Shown here: one piece after another, positions 12,828 to 24,874 of the stretch
Numbering within the stretch: position 1 is the first letter of the stretch
Layout of the letters: each line of letters opens with the position of its first letter
From: Phoronis australis
Taxonomy: Eukaryota; Animalia; Phoronida
DNA length: 64,000 nt
Reading direction: 5' to 3'
Assembly (NCBI GenBank): GCA_002633005.1
Contig: NMRA01000053.1
Coordinates: 568,131-632,130, forward strand
Notes under the pieces: generated by a model
What the model was told of the DNA's origin: nothing
Databases searched by the model: none
The model's input: the letters and a program-made list of their open reading frames with translations, nothing else
Position numbers and translations under genes: made by a program

Positions 12828-13121
12828 CTTTGCCTTCCAACTGATTTGCAAGGTGATCCGCAACGTGTGGCTGCCCGTTTTTACTCCCCAAAAATTCGAG
12901 AAGTGTGTAGAATGCACGACTTCCCCGTTTTGTAATCAAGTCCAAAAATGTAATGACTTTGTCTTTGTCTGTATGTTTCGCCTTCACTTCTTCTAGGTGG
13001 TACTCTTTAAGGATGTCTTCTTGGAAAAAATATTCGAGCAGTAACCCCTCGGTGATTTCAAGTTGCTCTATCAGATACATTCGATTTTCCTGCAGAACCT
13101 TCTTTTGGTCTTCTGTCATAG
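12828..13121 (-). CDS. Exon encoding a CARD (death-fold) domain
   Basis: Acceptor aaacag|CT ATG, donor AAA G|gtttgt, 294 nt, phase 1-1. MTEDQKKVLQENRMYLIEQLE...LLEYFFQEDILKEYHLEEVKAKHTDKDKVITFLDLITKRGSRAFYTLLEFL...QPHVADHL is a canonical CARD (RAIDD/caspase-2-like pattern). Confidence 0.92.
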
Positions 13122-13186
13122 CTGTTTATGAAATATAAAAGAGATAGGTCTTCTGTCATAGCTGTTTATGAAATATAAAAGTGATA
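13107..13186. repeat. 40-bp tandem duplication spanning the CARD exon acceptor
   Basis: ggtcttctgtcatagctgtttatgaaatataaaag(a/t)gata occurs twice with period 40. Confidence 0.95.
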
Positions 13187-14157
13187 CTTCCGAGATACTG
13201 TTCCATTTATCACGTTGACTGCATAGACGCCTGACAACTATTGAGGCAGATAACATCACTGCAAGAACACACTTCCTAATAAGATTTTTCAGATTTGATG
13301 AGGACGTTGAAAGATGAATGAACATAAATCACTTTCATAAAACAGGTCCCAGGGGAAATTCGAATTCTAAAAAGTTTTTAATTAGAGCTTTCCATTCAAT
13401 ATTGGTTACACTAAGCGGATTCCGAGAGGTTTGAGATACACCAGGAAGGCATTACCTACGTATATACTTGGCACACTGGACTAGGCCGGTCGGATAAATT
13501 GGGTTTCATCTGTCAAGAATATACTTCAAAGGAATGGTTTTAGAATCGTAGAATCCTATTTTTGGCTATTTTGACTAGTGAATTGAAAAAAGTGGAGCAC
13601 AGTTGAGGAAAATTGCTGAAAATAGTGCATATTCCTAATCTAAAGTTGACTTTGAAAGAGAATCAGACGTGTTGCTTGACATTCCTTTTACTTTCATATC
13701 AGCTATGACTACGTCACCCTAGCCATAACGCGACGATAGAGGAAGGTAGATTTATACTTGTACATCGGAAATACTGTATATGCTGTCACTAATGGAAGAC
13801 AAATACCAATTTATTTCTGTATGTTGCCGATGTTGTGGTCTGAGTATTACATTTATTGCTGCGTGTTGCTGGCGTGAACGAGAAAAAGTGTATATGTTGA
13901 TAAAACTATCTTATTTTCAAGAGCGTTTTATAGCCAAAATTTTCTATCTCGCACGACAAAAACACACGTGTAACAAGAATGTTTGATTTGCGACGGAAAT
14001 CGCTGTCGAGACAAAACACATGGACAAAAACGTAGCGATAAAGTAGAATGACGCTGAGTCTTTTTGACTCGCTCCAGAAATTGCGTGTGAAAAAACACAT
14101 AGTTTCTGCTATTGTTGCGATAAACAAGATACAGTATATCGTAGCTTTTTTCCTCAC

Positions 14158-14347
14158 CCGAACTCTGGTCAGGCTTTAGAGTTAAGTCCCGGATACGGAG
14201 TTTTGTCACCGGGTAAAAACTATTTTCTGCGTGTAATAAGTTTACGGGCGCGAGTATAGAATTTGTACCGCGGGTTGGTGTTTGCAGGTTGGGGACCTCT
14301 TGGCCTGCATTTAAGGTATCGACAGTGGCATTCGGACGCGAGGCCAT
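14158..14347 (-). CDS. Candidate first coding exon of the CARD gene (MASRPNATVD...KPDQSS)
   Basis: ATG at 14347, open to strong donor TCG G|gtgag, phase 1, compatible with the CARD exon. Upstream acceptor at 14554, with an in-frame TAG before the ATG. Confidence 0.45.
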
Positions 14348-14637
14348 GAAATGGTTTCTAACCTCTGGAAAAGGCAACCTTTTATCGTTGCCATCAAGGT
14401 TGTAAAAACCAGGCTTAGCAACTTGCCACTTTGTTAGCGGGTAAGGGAAAATTGGCCGCTATTCAGGTAATTGGACGACAATGCCGAAATGTTGAATTGA
14501 GAAAGCGACATGTAAACTCGGCATTTCTTTGCATAAGAAACGCAGAGAATAAATCTGAAACTAAATGAGGTGATCCAGATCCTCTGAAGGATACTATTGT
14601 TTTACGAAATGTAGATATATATTATTGTTGTTTTACT

Positions 14638-14710
14638 TACACACACACGCACACACACACACACACAAACACGCACGCACTCACGCACACACACATACAC
14701 ACACACACAT
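14638..14710. repeat. (CA)n microsatellite
   Basis: Imperfect CA/CACG run. Confidence 0.9.
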
Positions 14711-14773
14711 GCATGCGCTATGCGTAAGCGCAAACACACCAGTCAATTGACTTTTTGTTGAAATTCTCCTTAC

Positions 14774-14939
14774 AGCTGAAAATGCCAATCAGTGCATGTC
14801 GTTGAAAGAATACAGAATGAAACAGCGAGTCAAAGTACGGATATTTCTGGACTGGAGTTACAACTAGAGTTTGGTCAGACTGATCGTTTTCTTGAGCCAT
14901 TGATGGTTTCGATGTTCTTGTTGGTAACGGAAATAGAAT
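14774..14939 (-). CDS. Candidate exon (ILFPLPTRTSKPSMAQENDQ...GIFS), coding status uncertain
   Basis: Acceptor ttcttatcataattag| and donor AGC T|gtaag; open from phase 0 to phase 1. Confidence 0.3.
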
Positions 14940-15589
14940 CTAATTATGATAAGAAACATTATGATACCGATTTAATGGACACCCATTCTTATAGACACAC
15001 CCCTTTTCTCATGAACAGATATATTTCTCACGAACTATAGTTTCTTTTTCATTATTTATGTCAAACATATTTCTTTTCACATGAGCCACATATTGTTTTC
15101 ATTGTCTGTTTGAAGTCACAAGTAAGCACGTGTCTATTTTCTAGGGCTCTGTATTAGATGTGGACTATACTATAACTGATTATGATGATTTGTTCGTCCA
15201 AAATACCATGGTTTCCATTTAGGGCCACTGCACGCTGACGTGAACCAAACGAACGTTTTGTTCAAGTGTGATAGTAATGAATGCTTACAGATCAGCTGTC
15301 TCCTAGACTTTAGCGACCCACACTATGGCGTATTGGTGTACGGTGTCGGTGCGTATATATGTTAATATTCTCAGTATGATCGCAAATTTTCCTCATACTT
15401 CTTTTACTTCGTACATATTAATCCTATGACGTAGGAAGGATTTTTGGCCAACGGGGGCAAAAATATCCAAACCACTCAGCCTTACCAGTGCCTTCTGGGC
15501 TTAACTCCAGTTATTGAACAATATGTATGTCGTAATAAAATAAAATCAAATACCGAAAGCGCTTGTTCTAACCCATTGCTTTCATTTCG

Positions 15590-15730
15590 AGTCATTTTAT
15601 CAATTCTCAACGTTATGTCACTTTTGACCCCGATTACGTCTATTTTGACTCGTCATGTCCATTTTGAACTATTATAAAGTGCCATTTTGACTCATTATGT
15701 CCATTTTAACTATTTAAGTCCGTTTTAAAA
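15590..15730. repeat. Degenerate minisatellite of about 20 bp (atgtccattttgactc)
   Basis: About 6 diverged units of gtc(c)attttgac. Confidence 0.65.
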
Positions 15731-15779
15731 CAATGGTCTGGGTTTAACGATAATTTGCGTCTCACAAATGTGATTTAAT

Positions 15780-16055
15780 CCTGGGTAGAGTTCAGTAACG
15801 GTTGGTCCTCGCTAAGACCTCGCTAAAAAGCAAGACTTCGCGAGATTACGCGAGCATTTGCCGTGTATTTCAGCTCGTGATTTTGCCTAGGCTTTTCTCG
15901 CTGCGAGACAGCTTCTGAAATCTACTCTGTTATTAAGATCTTTTACGAGATTAAAATCTCTTAGCAGATTTTCATGTCACCAGAAAGACAAAACTATTTG
16001 ATCAAAGGCGACTTTATATATACACACACGCACACGCACACGCACACGCACACGC

Positions 16056-16086
<31 letters not shown>

Positions 16087-16152
16087 TATTGCATAAACAT
16101 ATTGTTTCCGTAAAATCTCACGAGTATCTAGCGTTACGAAACGCGCCCTAAG
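15780..16152. mobile_element. MITE-like repeat, same family as 26678-26803, containing a CA microsatellite
   Basis: Shares gacctcgct(g)aaaagcaagacttcgcgagattacg with 26694-26730; termini are inverted (ttcagtaacg.../...cgttacgaaacg); (CA/CACG)n at 16021-16086. Confidence 0.55.
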
Positions 16153-16296
16153 GCAGGTCACTCTTGAGACATGTTTTGTAAACACTTATAATTAATTCGA
16201 AATGAATTAATTAAGACTGTCATTTAAGACATAAGCAACAACAAAATAGTTATAATTGGCTTAAGAAAGCACCTCAGTTAAATTAAGCATACTTAC

Positions 16297-16325
16297 CTTC
16301 ATTAGGGACATTTTTTGCAGGCGAC
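16297..16325 (-). CDS. 29-nt mini-exon; in phase 0 it ends the upstream ORF (VACKKCP*)
   Basis: Near-perfect acceptor tttttgttacag| and donor AAG|gtaagt. Confidence 0.5.
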
Positions 16326-18173
16326 CTGTAACAAAAATGTTGTGGTTACCAAATCAAGCAACAAAGGAAACTATTCACAGTTAACAGATTGTTTTTCAAA
16401 CTGTTTTTACTGAAGGAATTACATATTTGTCGGTTCCTCGAACTTCCCTCAAAAAGCTTGAATCTGCCATTCACTGAAGAGCAGACAAGACGATTACACT
16501 CTGCCGGGAACATTAGTATAGTTGGTAGGTCATTGATTTGATTTGGTTGCGTTGTTTATTTTCTGTTTTTGGCTTTCAAACTTGCCGATTCGACTCTCTT
16601 AATTTCAAAAATGGAAAAGCCAGCTAGGCTCACGGCCAGACTTGTTGGTCCTGCAAGTCAGTGCTTGTTTTATGTTCAGATCGAGTGGAGCTTGTCGAGG
16701 GTGTTGTGGGCCGTGGGTCGAGGGGGTCGTTGGGTGTGGGGGTCGAGGGGTTTTTAGAACAATCCGTTTATTACTTCGACGAAACGCCGGTTTATAACCC
16801 TTTTAACTCGCTTCATCTTAAAATCTGCTCATTCAGAAGTCGTAACAGTGAGTTTTGAATCTTCTGAAGGTTGACTAGGGTAAAGGAGTGTTATTTTTTC
16901 TCGCATTCCGGCTAATGATTTAGTGGTACTTCATGGTTTAGTATTTTTTCAAACGAAGGACATCTTTATTGTTAATAACAAAGTATTTTAAAAATTGTCC
17001 CAATCAGGATTTTCATGTTTGAAAAAAAAAACACAACAGGAAATGCGTGATAGCCAGGTTTCTGGAATGCCAACTGCTGCCGTGATTTACCTTTTAGTTG
17101 AATGACCAGCAACCGCCTGCTTCTTATAGGCAGTCTTTGATGTAGTCTATAAAACGAAAGTAGAAAATAACAACACAGTCAGAACATTTAGCTAAATATC
17201 TGCAAAACTATAGAATTTAATTAAGCATATATTTTCTGAAAGTAAAATTTCCTTAGAATTTGATTTTTGACTTGATAACAATCTGCCACTAATTAGATCA
17301 CGTGACCTTGCTTATGAAGGAAATTGAGCAAAAAAGGGACATTCATAGCAAAACATCAGGATCAACAACATTACCAAATTTTTCATGATATCAATGTTCA
17401 AGATAAAATCTTAAAAAACGTATACTTGTCTAAATTATCCTTTTGTTTTCATTTCATGCAACTTAATTTTTTTCTTAAAAATCAAATAAATCATTTTTGA
17501 TAGCCCTTCATGCAAAAGTGGAACATTTTAAAAACATCCCTAACAATGATTTGGTGGACATTGTATAAAACATAGTATCTGAAAGTTTCATGTGAATCTG
17601 ATATAGCCATTTCTAAGATGCTCCGAATTTGGCCAAAATTGGATCTACATAACCTTAATGAGGAAGGCGACCGTTTTTAATGTCATATTTGTTACCTTGC
17701 GATTTCTGGTTATCCCAGAAGAATTCTCTAACCAGTTACATTCCCCCAGGTTCTAATTAACTATGCGCACGTGCCGCATGTTGGGTTGAGGCGGGTTGAA
17801 AGCAGCTTTAAATGATAACGAACCAGAGGCCAAATAGTGGCCTACATATTTCAGAAATTTTTATAATACCGCACTGAATTTAAAGTTTGGCGTATATAAT
17901 TTGAGCAAATTTACAAACTTTCACCTGGGTTGGGTTGCATAATTCATTTCCAAGCTTGATTCGCGCAGCATGTTGTATAAGGTGCTGAGTATATCAGAAG
18001 CAATGTTCTAAATAGCATTTCTGATAGCATGATTTAAGTGTTTTTATCCGTCAAGTAACCCGACTCGAGATGAGATTAAAAACAATTGCACAACAACTTA
18101 TTTAATCTTTGTGTAAAACTGCAGCTTGAATAGATATTCATTTATAAGCTTTTATGGGCCGTTTACAACTTAC

Positions 18174-18307
18174 CCGTACTGGATTTGATGTCTGAGATTG
18201 TCCGCTTTCGTTGTTAGGTGATTCTGCGGAAGTGGCTTCATTCAGTGAGGACCCACTTAACAACCCTTTCACTAGCGTCTCCTCATCAAAGCTCACTGTT
18301 TCGGCGT
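18174..18307 (-). CDS. Exon of uncharacterised low-complexity/coiled-coil gene (DAETVSFDEETLVKGLL...NPVR)
   Basis: Acceptor ttctcttctgttaaatag|, donor CGG|gtaagt, phase 1 to 0, open. Confidence 0.65.
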
Positions 18308-18770
18308 CTATTTAACAGAAGAGAATTAAGCATCCTCTTCATTGCATTTATGAAACATGAATAACTGTTTTTACCGAACACTTCGAAGACACGACACCGT
18401 AAGTAATTTAACATGCAGATGCACTTTTAAAAAATAAGGCCATGTTAGTAGGGCTGGTGCTTTTCATTATTTTTATATTCAACAGCCACAAAGGAGACCA
18501 TGATGGGATGATCAGTGATGTTAACAATTTGCGAGTGGATCAATGTTTCAATTGAAATGTTTTAAAACTATTTCCTTATGTTAAACAATCAAAACCTTTT
18601 GAACAATCGTTAACCTTTGTCGATTTTCAATTCCAAACAATTCACGACCAATCAAAAAGGTGAAACTCAAGGATTCAGCAACTTAGATAGATGTCCCTTC
18701 TAGTGAAAATAGTATATGCAAAATTTGATGCATTGAACACTTTTACTTGAGGTAGTGAGACAAACGTTAC

Positions 18771-19062
18771 CAGTTTGACAGCTGTTCTCCCGGTGCAGAT
18801 CTTCAGCATTCAATTTGGTCGACACAACGGACTCCATTCTTTCAATTCTTGGCACCAAATCTTTGTGGACTGTTTCCATATTGTGCATTTTTGGAAGTAG
18901 CTCGCTTAGGGATTGCTTTAGGTTCTTTACCTCTTCCTCCAAGGTTGACGTTTTGTCATATTTCATCGTGTCCTGTTGGTTCAGGTCTTTTGTTGTTACT
19001 TTTCTGTCTGTATGTCCACTGCCGTGTGATTTTTTGTTTGTTTCGCTTTGGGTGGATTGTGT
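18771..19062 (-). CDS. Exon with short coiled coil (TSTLEEEVKNLKQSLSELLPKMHNMETVHKDLVPRIERME)
   Basis: Acceptor tttttgtttag|ACA, donor ACT G|gtaacg, 292 nt open, phase 0 to 1, in frame with flanking exons. Confidence 0.65.
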
Positions 19063-19270
19063 CTAAACAAAAATCCCGCATTGAGTGAATATGTCTCAAT
19101 CAGAAAGCAAGTGTTTCGTGAATGTTCGAACACGTTTCAAAACACAAGTTATGACATATGAATGGACAGACAAATTCATGAACATGTTGCGTACATTGAA
19201 GATGAACATTTAAAACTAAGAATGAACACGTATTCGAATGGGATAGCAGTTTGTTGAAGATTACACTTAC

Positions 19271-19378
19271 GACAGTGGAAGGTTTTGTTTTCCATTTGCC
19301 TTTGTTCTTCGTCGAAGGGCGCTCATCGAATCTTTGGGACCATCTTCTACAAGGTACTGAACTCTGTCTTTGTGTTTC
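19271..19378 (-). CDS. Exon (ETQRQSSVPCRRWSQRFDERPSTKNKGKWKTKPSTV)
   Basis: Acceptor tttttctttcataaaaag|, donor GTC|gtaagt, 108 nt, phase 0-0. Confidence 0.55.
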
Positions 19379-21439
19379 CTTTTTATGAAAGAAAAATCAC
19401 ATGCAAGTAGGGCCTACGATCGGGTAAGATAAAGCATAATGTAAAACGACAGTCGTAGCATTTCCATTACCATGTTTCTTGTTTCTTTCATAGATCGACG
19501 GAAAATATCAAACAGTGCAGTTGGTATGGGTAATGCAATTCTAAACATTACTTTCATAAATTGATATTTACTCTATCGTTTGCATTGCGTTTAGGTGCCA
19601 TGTGTACCGTATCTATTTTTTTGGTTTTATTCGCATCTTCTTGTCAATGCTCTTTCGACTTTCAACGGCATGAGAGTAGAAAAAAATGACGCTTTTATTT
19701 CGCGTATTGCTTCATTCTACCAAATTGCGGTTTTCCAGTGGTACTCATTTTCGACTTCGAGCTCAGCTCATGGTCACGTACAAGGGTCATGGTAACGTCA
19801 GGTATTACATGCTCTATGTTTGTATGCTGGGGTGGTGGCGTGTATAGTAATCGAGTTTCAAAATCAGTCTTCAGCCTCAACCCAATCCCTTGGAGGATGA
19901 GTACCCCCTCTTACGGGGCACTGTGGCCCAGACAAAGGTCGAATTTTATCCGTTTATTGCAACGTAATGCTACTAACAGTGCTATCTATTGTGCGACTCT
20001 TAAACTCATTTGTGGCCATATATAATAAAATAGTTTGTGTAAACATATTGTATGTTTGTGCTGGCTTTTGAATGTACCGAGCCAAGCCTTTTGTTTAGGC
20101 TGGGATTTCCCCGTCTAATACGTGACGTCGGATGTCCTTGTCAGACAGGGCCGCGTGATAATAGAGCTGCGTTGGACTGCTTGAAATTATAACTACGAAA
20201 GTATGTTACTGTGTCAATTTGAACTTGATAACTTCGCCTTACAACCCATACACTATACCAAGTGTAAACTATCGCGAGACGGCAGTGAAGGTCACACAGA
20301 AGTCCGCCATAGTAAAGCGAAGCTGTGCAGAGTGGTTGCACTTTCGATATTGAACGTGAAATTAACAAGAGCCCACAAATAAAGCTACGACGCATTGATG
20401 TCTTAAGCCACCACTAACAATTTCACGACATAATTAGATTTCTTGTAAATATATTTTCTCCTGCTTATAGTTAATGTGTATAGTTTGAATTTCGGGGGGG
20501 GAGGGCATGCATCAATTCGCTTTCGTGCATAAGAGGCCAGGGAGCAAGAGTCCTCCACATTTTTTCAAAACAAAACGCGTCCTTTCTTCATTAATGTTCA
20601 CCTGGCCTTGCGCGACCTGCATGGAAGGGACTGCTCCCCATCTCAGCAAGCACAAACACATACTCTCACACATAACTTACTCAGCACTGACACTCAGTTG
20701 GCTCTGCGGCTGCCCATGTCGTGGAAGGGACAAAAATAAACAACACTGAGGCGTCTGTGCCCAAACTTTTATTTGTACGACATGTTACGCAAAAATCCCT
20801 AATATGAATGGATTAATTTCGGACGTCACTAACCTGCGGATAGGGCGAAGATTGGGATGATCTGTATGCACACATCTCACGTCTTCATAACGCTAACTGC
20901 GACCTGCATGAACGATGGTTTATTTATGACGATGGGTAATTCCCAAACAGCAGACATTCAGCACTGTACCGACCAGAACTTTACGAAATTTTCTGAAGTT
21001 ACGAATTACCACAGTTGTCTCGATTGATACAGGTCACAACGAATCCCCGGAAATGTCACGGACAATGTGCTGTTTTCGGGTGTAACATTGGTATGTTTTG
21101 GGACGAGTAGTTCCCCACTGGCAAGAGAGAGGTACAAGATAAAGATATAGAGCGAAAATGACAATTGTTAGCCAAAATCGACAGGAGGCGTTTGAGTGCA
21201 TTAGTGTTTACATTGACTAAGACCAATTCGGCCTTGGACATCAACACAGTGGCGGANACACTTTGACTCGGGCAACCGCGTACACGACTGCATGCGCACC
21301 CAGCCTGAAATGAAACTGCACGACTAAAAAAAAACGGCGAGACGCTTCCTACACCTTGTTTTGGCCGCTTCGTCATTACCAGGGTTAATTATAAAAAAGA
21401 TAATTGCAGGCGGTCTGGTACTCGTTGTAACAGACGTGC

Positions 21440-21623
21440 GCAGGCCCCGCTTGTGGGCCCATTGCACTGATCACCTGGAAATATTTTTGTTAAATCCGAG
21501 CTGAGGAGCTAGAAACCTGACTCAAGGGTCTAGCACTGCGGAGTGTGGCCCAGTGGGACTTGAACGAACCCACGGCCTCGAGTAAAGAAGGCGGGAACCA
21601 TCACACTAGGCCACACGGCCTCC
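21440..21623 (-). mobile_element. tRNA-derived SINE
   Basis: Reverse strand reads ggccgtgtggcctagtg (A box)...gggttcg(ttc)aagtccc (B box), followed by a core-like cccttgagtcagg. Confidence 0.65.
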
Positions 21624-23584
21624 TCTCAGGGTTAATTACCAAACTCAATATTTCCTCACACTCTTGCTGTCTTCCTGATTTATTGTTGGCGGCAGCCAAG
21701 GGTGGGGGGGGGGGGGGTTCAAAAAACAATCTTTTTTTTGCATTTTACGAATAGTTCAGTTTAACGTGTTCGTGGCCAGGTTGCAACACCGCCTATGCAC
21801 ATTCTGTCACAAAAATTAATGATTAACACTTATCTAATTGAGTTTGTAGTGAGCTGAAAATGTCAAAAACAACTCATTGATTAGATTGTGTGTCGTGGCC
21901 AAGAAGATCGTGAACTCTCCCAGGCAGAATTTCTGTAATTAAGTTTCTCTTGATACATAACCTGGTTCAATTGCAGTAGGTTTTGCCGTCAACCTCAATC
22001 AATTAAACACCCCTAAACAAAATGTTTTTCAAGTTTTAGCGTAGCAAAATGATCGAATAAAGGGCACTGAAATGATAGAACAAGGCAGTTGTAAAATGAT
22101 TCCCCTTGAATCGTTTGTCTATTCTCTTTTAACATTTACTAATTTTTTAACTAAAATTGAGTCCTGAGTTCAATGAAAATACATCGCCCACAATTTAAAA
22201 ACTGTGGGCGATGAATGAAAATATCGCAATTTGTTTTCGGTGTAATTGTGAATTCAACGTACAGTTTACACGCAATTTGTATTGTAATAAAAAATTGACA
22301 GTTCAGTAACGATTCAATAATAATTTTCTGCTAAATGAGTCATAACATACATCGATTTAATATTGGTTCTTTGTCTTAGCAAGTACCATTTTTATAAGCA
22401 ACAGTTGAAGTGCAAATATCCCAGCGTCCGACGTTACGAAAACGCCCAACTCGCGAGTTGGGTAAAATTTCAACTCGCCATTTCGGATTCGTAAGGTTTG
22501 TCAGATTTGTATTACCACGGACTTCTGATAGGTGTCCCTTGCGGTGCAGTCCATTGTGATGCATACGCTGCCGCCGGGCAGAGAACCAAATCTAGTAGGT
22601 CACGATCAAATAAAAAAACAACGGCAAATAAACGCGACTGTTACAGTGAAAAACTGGGGATTTTTTAATGTAGTGTTAATTATTAGAAAGTAAGCATGCG
22701 TATCATTTCCTAGTATTCAACAATTTTGTAATTCGTCATGTTGCAATAACGCGCTTTATTCGGAATTGCCACAATTCCCCTTAGACGCAGCGCTACAAAA
22801 ATTTGGCTCCGTTTTAATCGTCTGCTGATGACTACACCAGTTACGACCTCGGTGTGACAAGCTATCACAAGAAATCTGCTGTTGGCACGCTGTTGCCACA
22901 GCACGTCCATTGTACAATATTTACGATTCTCACTACAAAACTGATCTGTCGTGTTATGTACGTAAACGCGTTTCCCGAAGTACGTACACCGTCTACACTC
23001 AATTCACTCACAGAACTGCACTGTGATATAGGTATTTGAATTGTTAAAAGAATTTTTCCTGAGAAAGATTCACCCGCCGGCTTGTCTCACTGAAATAGAT
23101 CGGTGTTCTAAAATTGATCCTAGTACATGTACGCGGTAACTTACTGGGCACCTTGGATTAAAACGTTTTCAATCTTTATTGTACATACGTCGTTAATGAA
23201 CGCAATTCTCGTTTGAAAGACATTAATAGCGTAGTAAAGGAACAAAACAAACAGTTGCCGCCCAGACCCCGCGTAGTAATTGATGCGGAAAATGCGTGCG
23301 TCGCTCGTATACATTTCTGAGAAATCTTGTCAACTTGCCACAATTCTTAAAGTAAATCTTATAAGTAACAAGCTTGTTTTGAATTAGATTTCTAAAACAA
23401 TTACGCAACTCGATATGAATTTTTATCAACCTTTATTAAACAAAATACACATAACAAAACGTGATTGGCAACTTCAGCAAGCCATACATGTCCACAAACA
23501 TACCTGTGGTAGGGGTCATTTGCAACTCAATGTTATCTCAACATTAAGGGGCCAACTTTCATTGAAATCCTCAATTTTTTTGTC

Positions 23585-24001
23585 TTATTCTGAAATAGCC
23601 AAGACTTCTCTTTTAAAACATTCGAAATTGTAATTCGTATTTGTTGCTGCCATGAGATATGAACTTTTCTTCAAGGTAAAATTAGATTTATTATAGTTGC
23701 TTGAAGGCTGGACTGAAATATGAAGTTCTGCCGATGCACGTTTTATCAATCCAGGATTCACAATGATACAACTGCGTATTGCAGCAGCGTTGCTTGGAAG
23801 GGAGGGGGTCATCTCCAGACCGTATCCCGAAAAGGAGGTGGGCGGCAGGGTTACACCCCCAGTGGGTGAGGGCAAACCACTGAGGGACGGCTCAAACCCT
23901 AGTGAAGAGGGAGAGGTGGCTTGCAGCTGCGCTTGTGACATCGCTGGCAACGAGAGCTGTGGCGCTCGAAATTGCTGGCAATCAGGGGAGAAGATAGACA
24001 T
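23585..24001 (-). other. GC-rich orphan ORF/exon-like segment (S/P-rich)
   Basis: 138-codon open frame, much more GC-rich than flanks, possible acceptor ttctcccctgattgccag. No recognisable domain. Confidence 0.25.
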
Positions 24002-24439
24002 TGAGGTGCTGTACTATTTAGGGTTAATCTTTATGAAAACGCAAACCACCAGTAGTTAAGAGTTAAACGAAAAGACCAAGGGTTTTACGAGATATGACAA
24101 TATGAAGACGGGTTTGATATTCAAAAGTATTTGAACTCGGACTCCGCCCTTTTTCAATTACTTTTGCCAGCCTTGTACTGTTTCAAAAGGAGATTGCAAT
24201 GTACATTTCCACTGAAAGATACATATGCAGAAACAAAAAGAAAATAAGACGATGAATTTATATAACTCTGGCAAGGTCTTGGCCTTTTTGTTTACTATGA
24301 ATGACTCATAGCGTTTACTTGTTTAATGTTTAAATTGCTTTTGCATATATTAGCAATGACTTTAACTGTTATATGATTAAAACAAAAAATATTGGATTAA
24401 CGGTCGCGAAGACACTGTAATTGTGTGATCTGTACCGTA

Positions 24440-24870
24440 CTTATTATTCTGATCGCCAACCTTGCTCATAACAGTCATTAACTCTTTGCGCGAAAATACT
24501 TAAAAACGAGACTTTGCACGTGACACCTTGATTCAACCAAATTTCATGAAAGCCGTATTTTGATAGCAATTGTCTACGAGAAGACACCCAAGTATTTCTT
24601 CTAATCCGATCTAAATCAGCTAACATGTCATAAGACGCTTTAGCGTATCTAATAGGTGGCATTTTCAATAACTTTAGCCAATATTTTACACATGTGACAC
24701 AGTGCTTTGCATAGAGCGGAAAATTCCACAACACAGCTAGCTGCGTTTGAACAAGAGTTTCAAACTCCAAGAGCAATTTTACAGAATTTAACATATACAT
24801 TTTCAAGCCATTCACATTCTTTGAATCCCCAGATTGTCGCACCGTAGCACATAGTTGGCACAGCAATTTT
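24440..24870 (-). mobile_element. RTE-X-like LINE ORF2 C-terminal fragment
   Basis: FPLYAKHCVTCVKYWLKLLKM...YDML..LD...TWV...LLSKYGFHEIWLNQGV...FAQRVNDCYEQGW is the characteristic post-RT region of RTE-X-type LINEs of marine invertebrates. Confidence 0.75.
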
Positions 24871-24874
24871 TTAT

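Larger units (their letters stand above)
8056..14347 (-). other. Gene span: CARD + TRADD-N-like + coiled-coil protein (3-4 coding exons, about 520-590 aa)
   Basis: Exons 14347-14158 (candidate), 13121-12828, 12224-11856 and 8963-8056 join in one frame through GT-AG phase-1 introns. Confidence 0.8.

Noticed and set aside
13758-13868. Exon-like segment (QHAAINVILRPQ...) upstream of CARD
   Set aside because: Open only in phase 0-0 with a weak donor (gtataa); incompatible with the phase-1 CARD acceptor.
15590-15730. CRISPR-like spaced repeats (also 36500-36880, 48290-48480, 61000-61315)
   Set aside because: Degenerate tandem or subterminal TE repeats without unique spacers, in a eukaryotic context with no cas genes.
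19600-19950. Possible further upstream exon(s) of the coiled-coil gene
   Set aside because: Stops in the frame needed to reach the donor; no consistent model.
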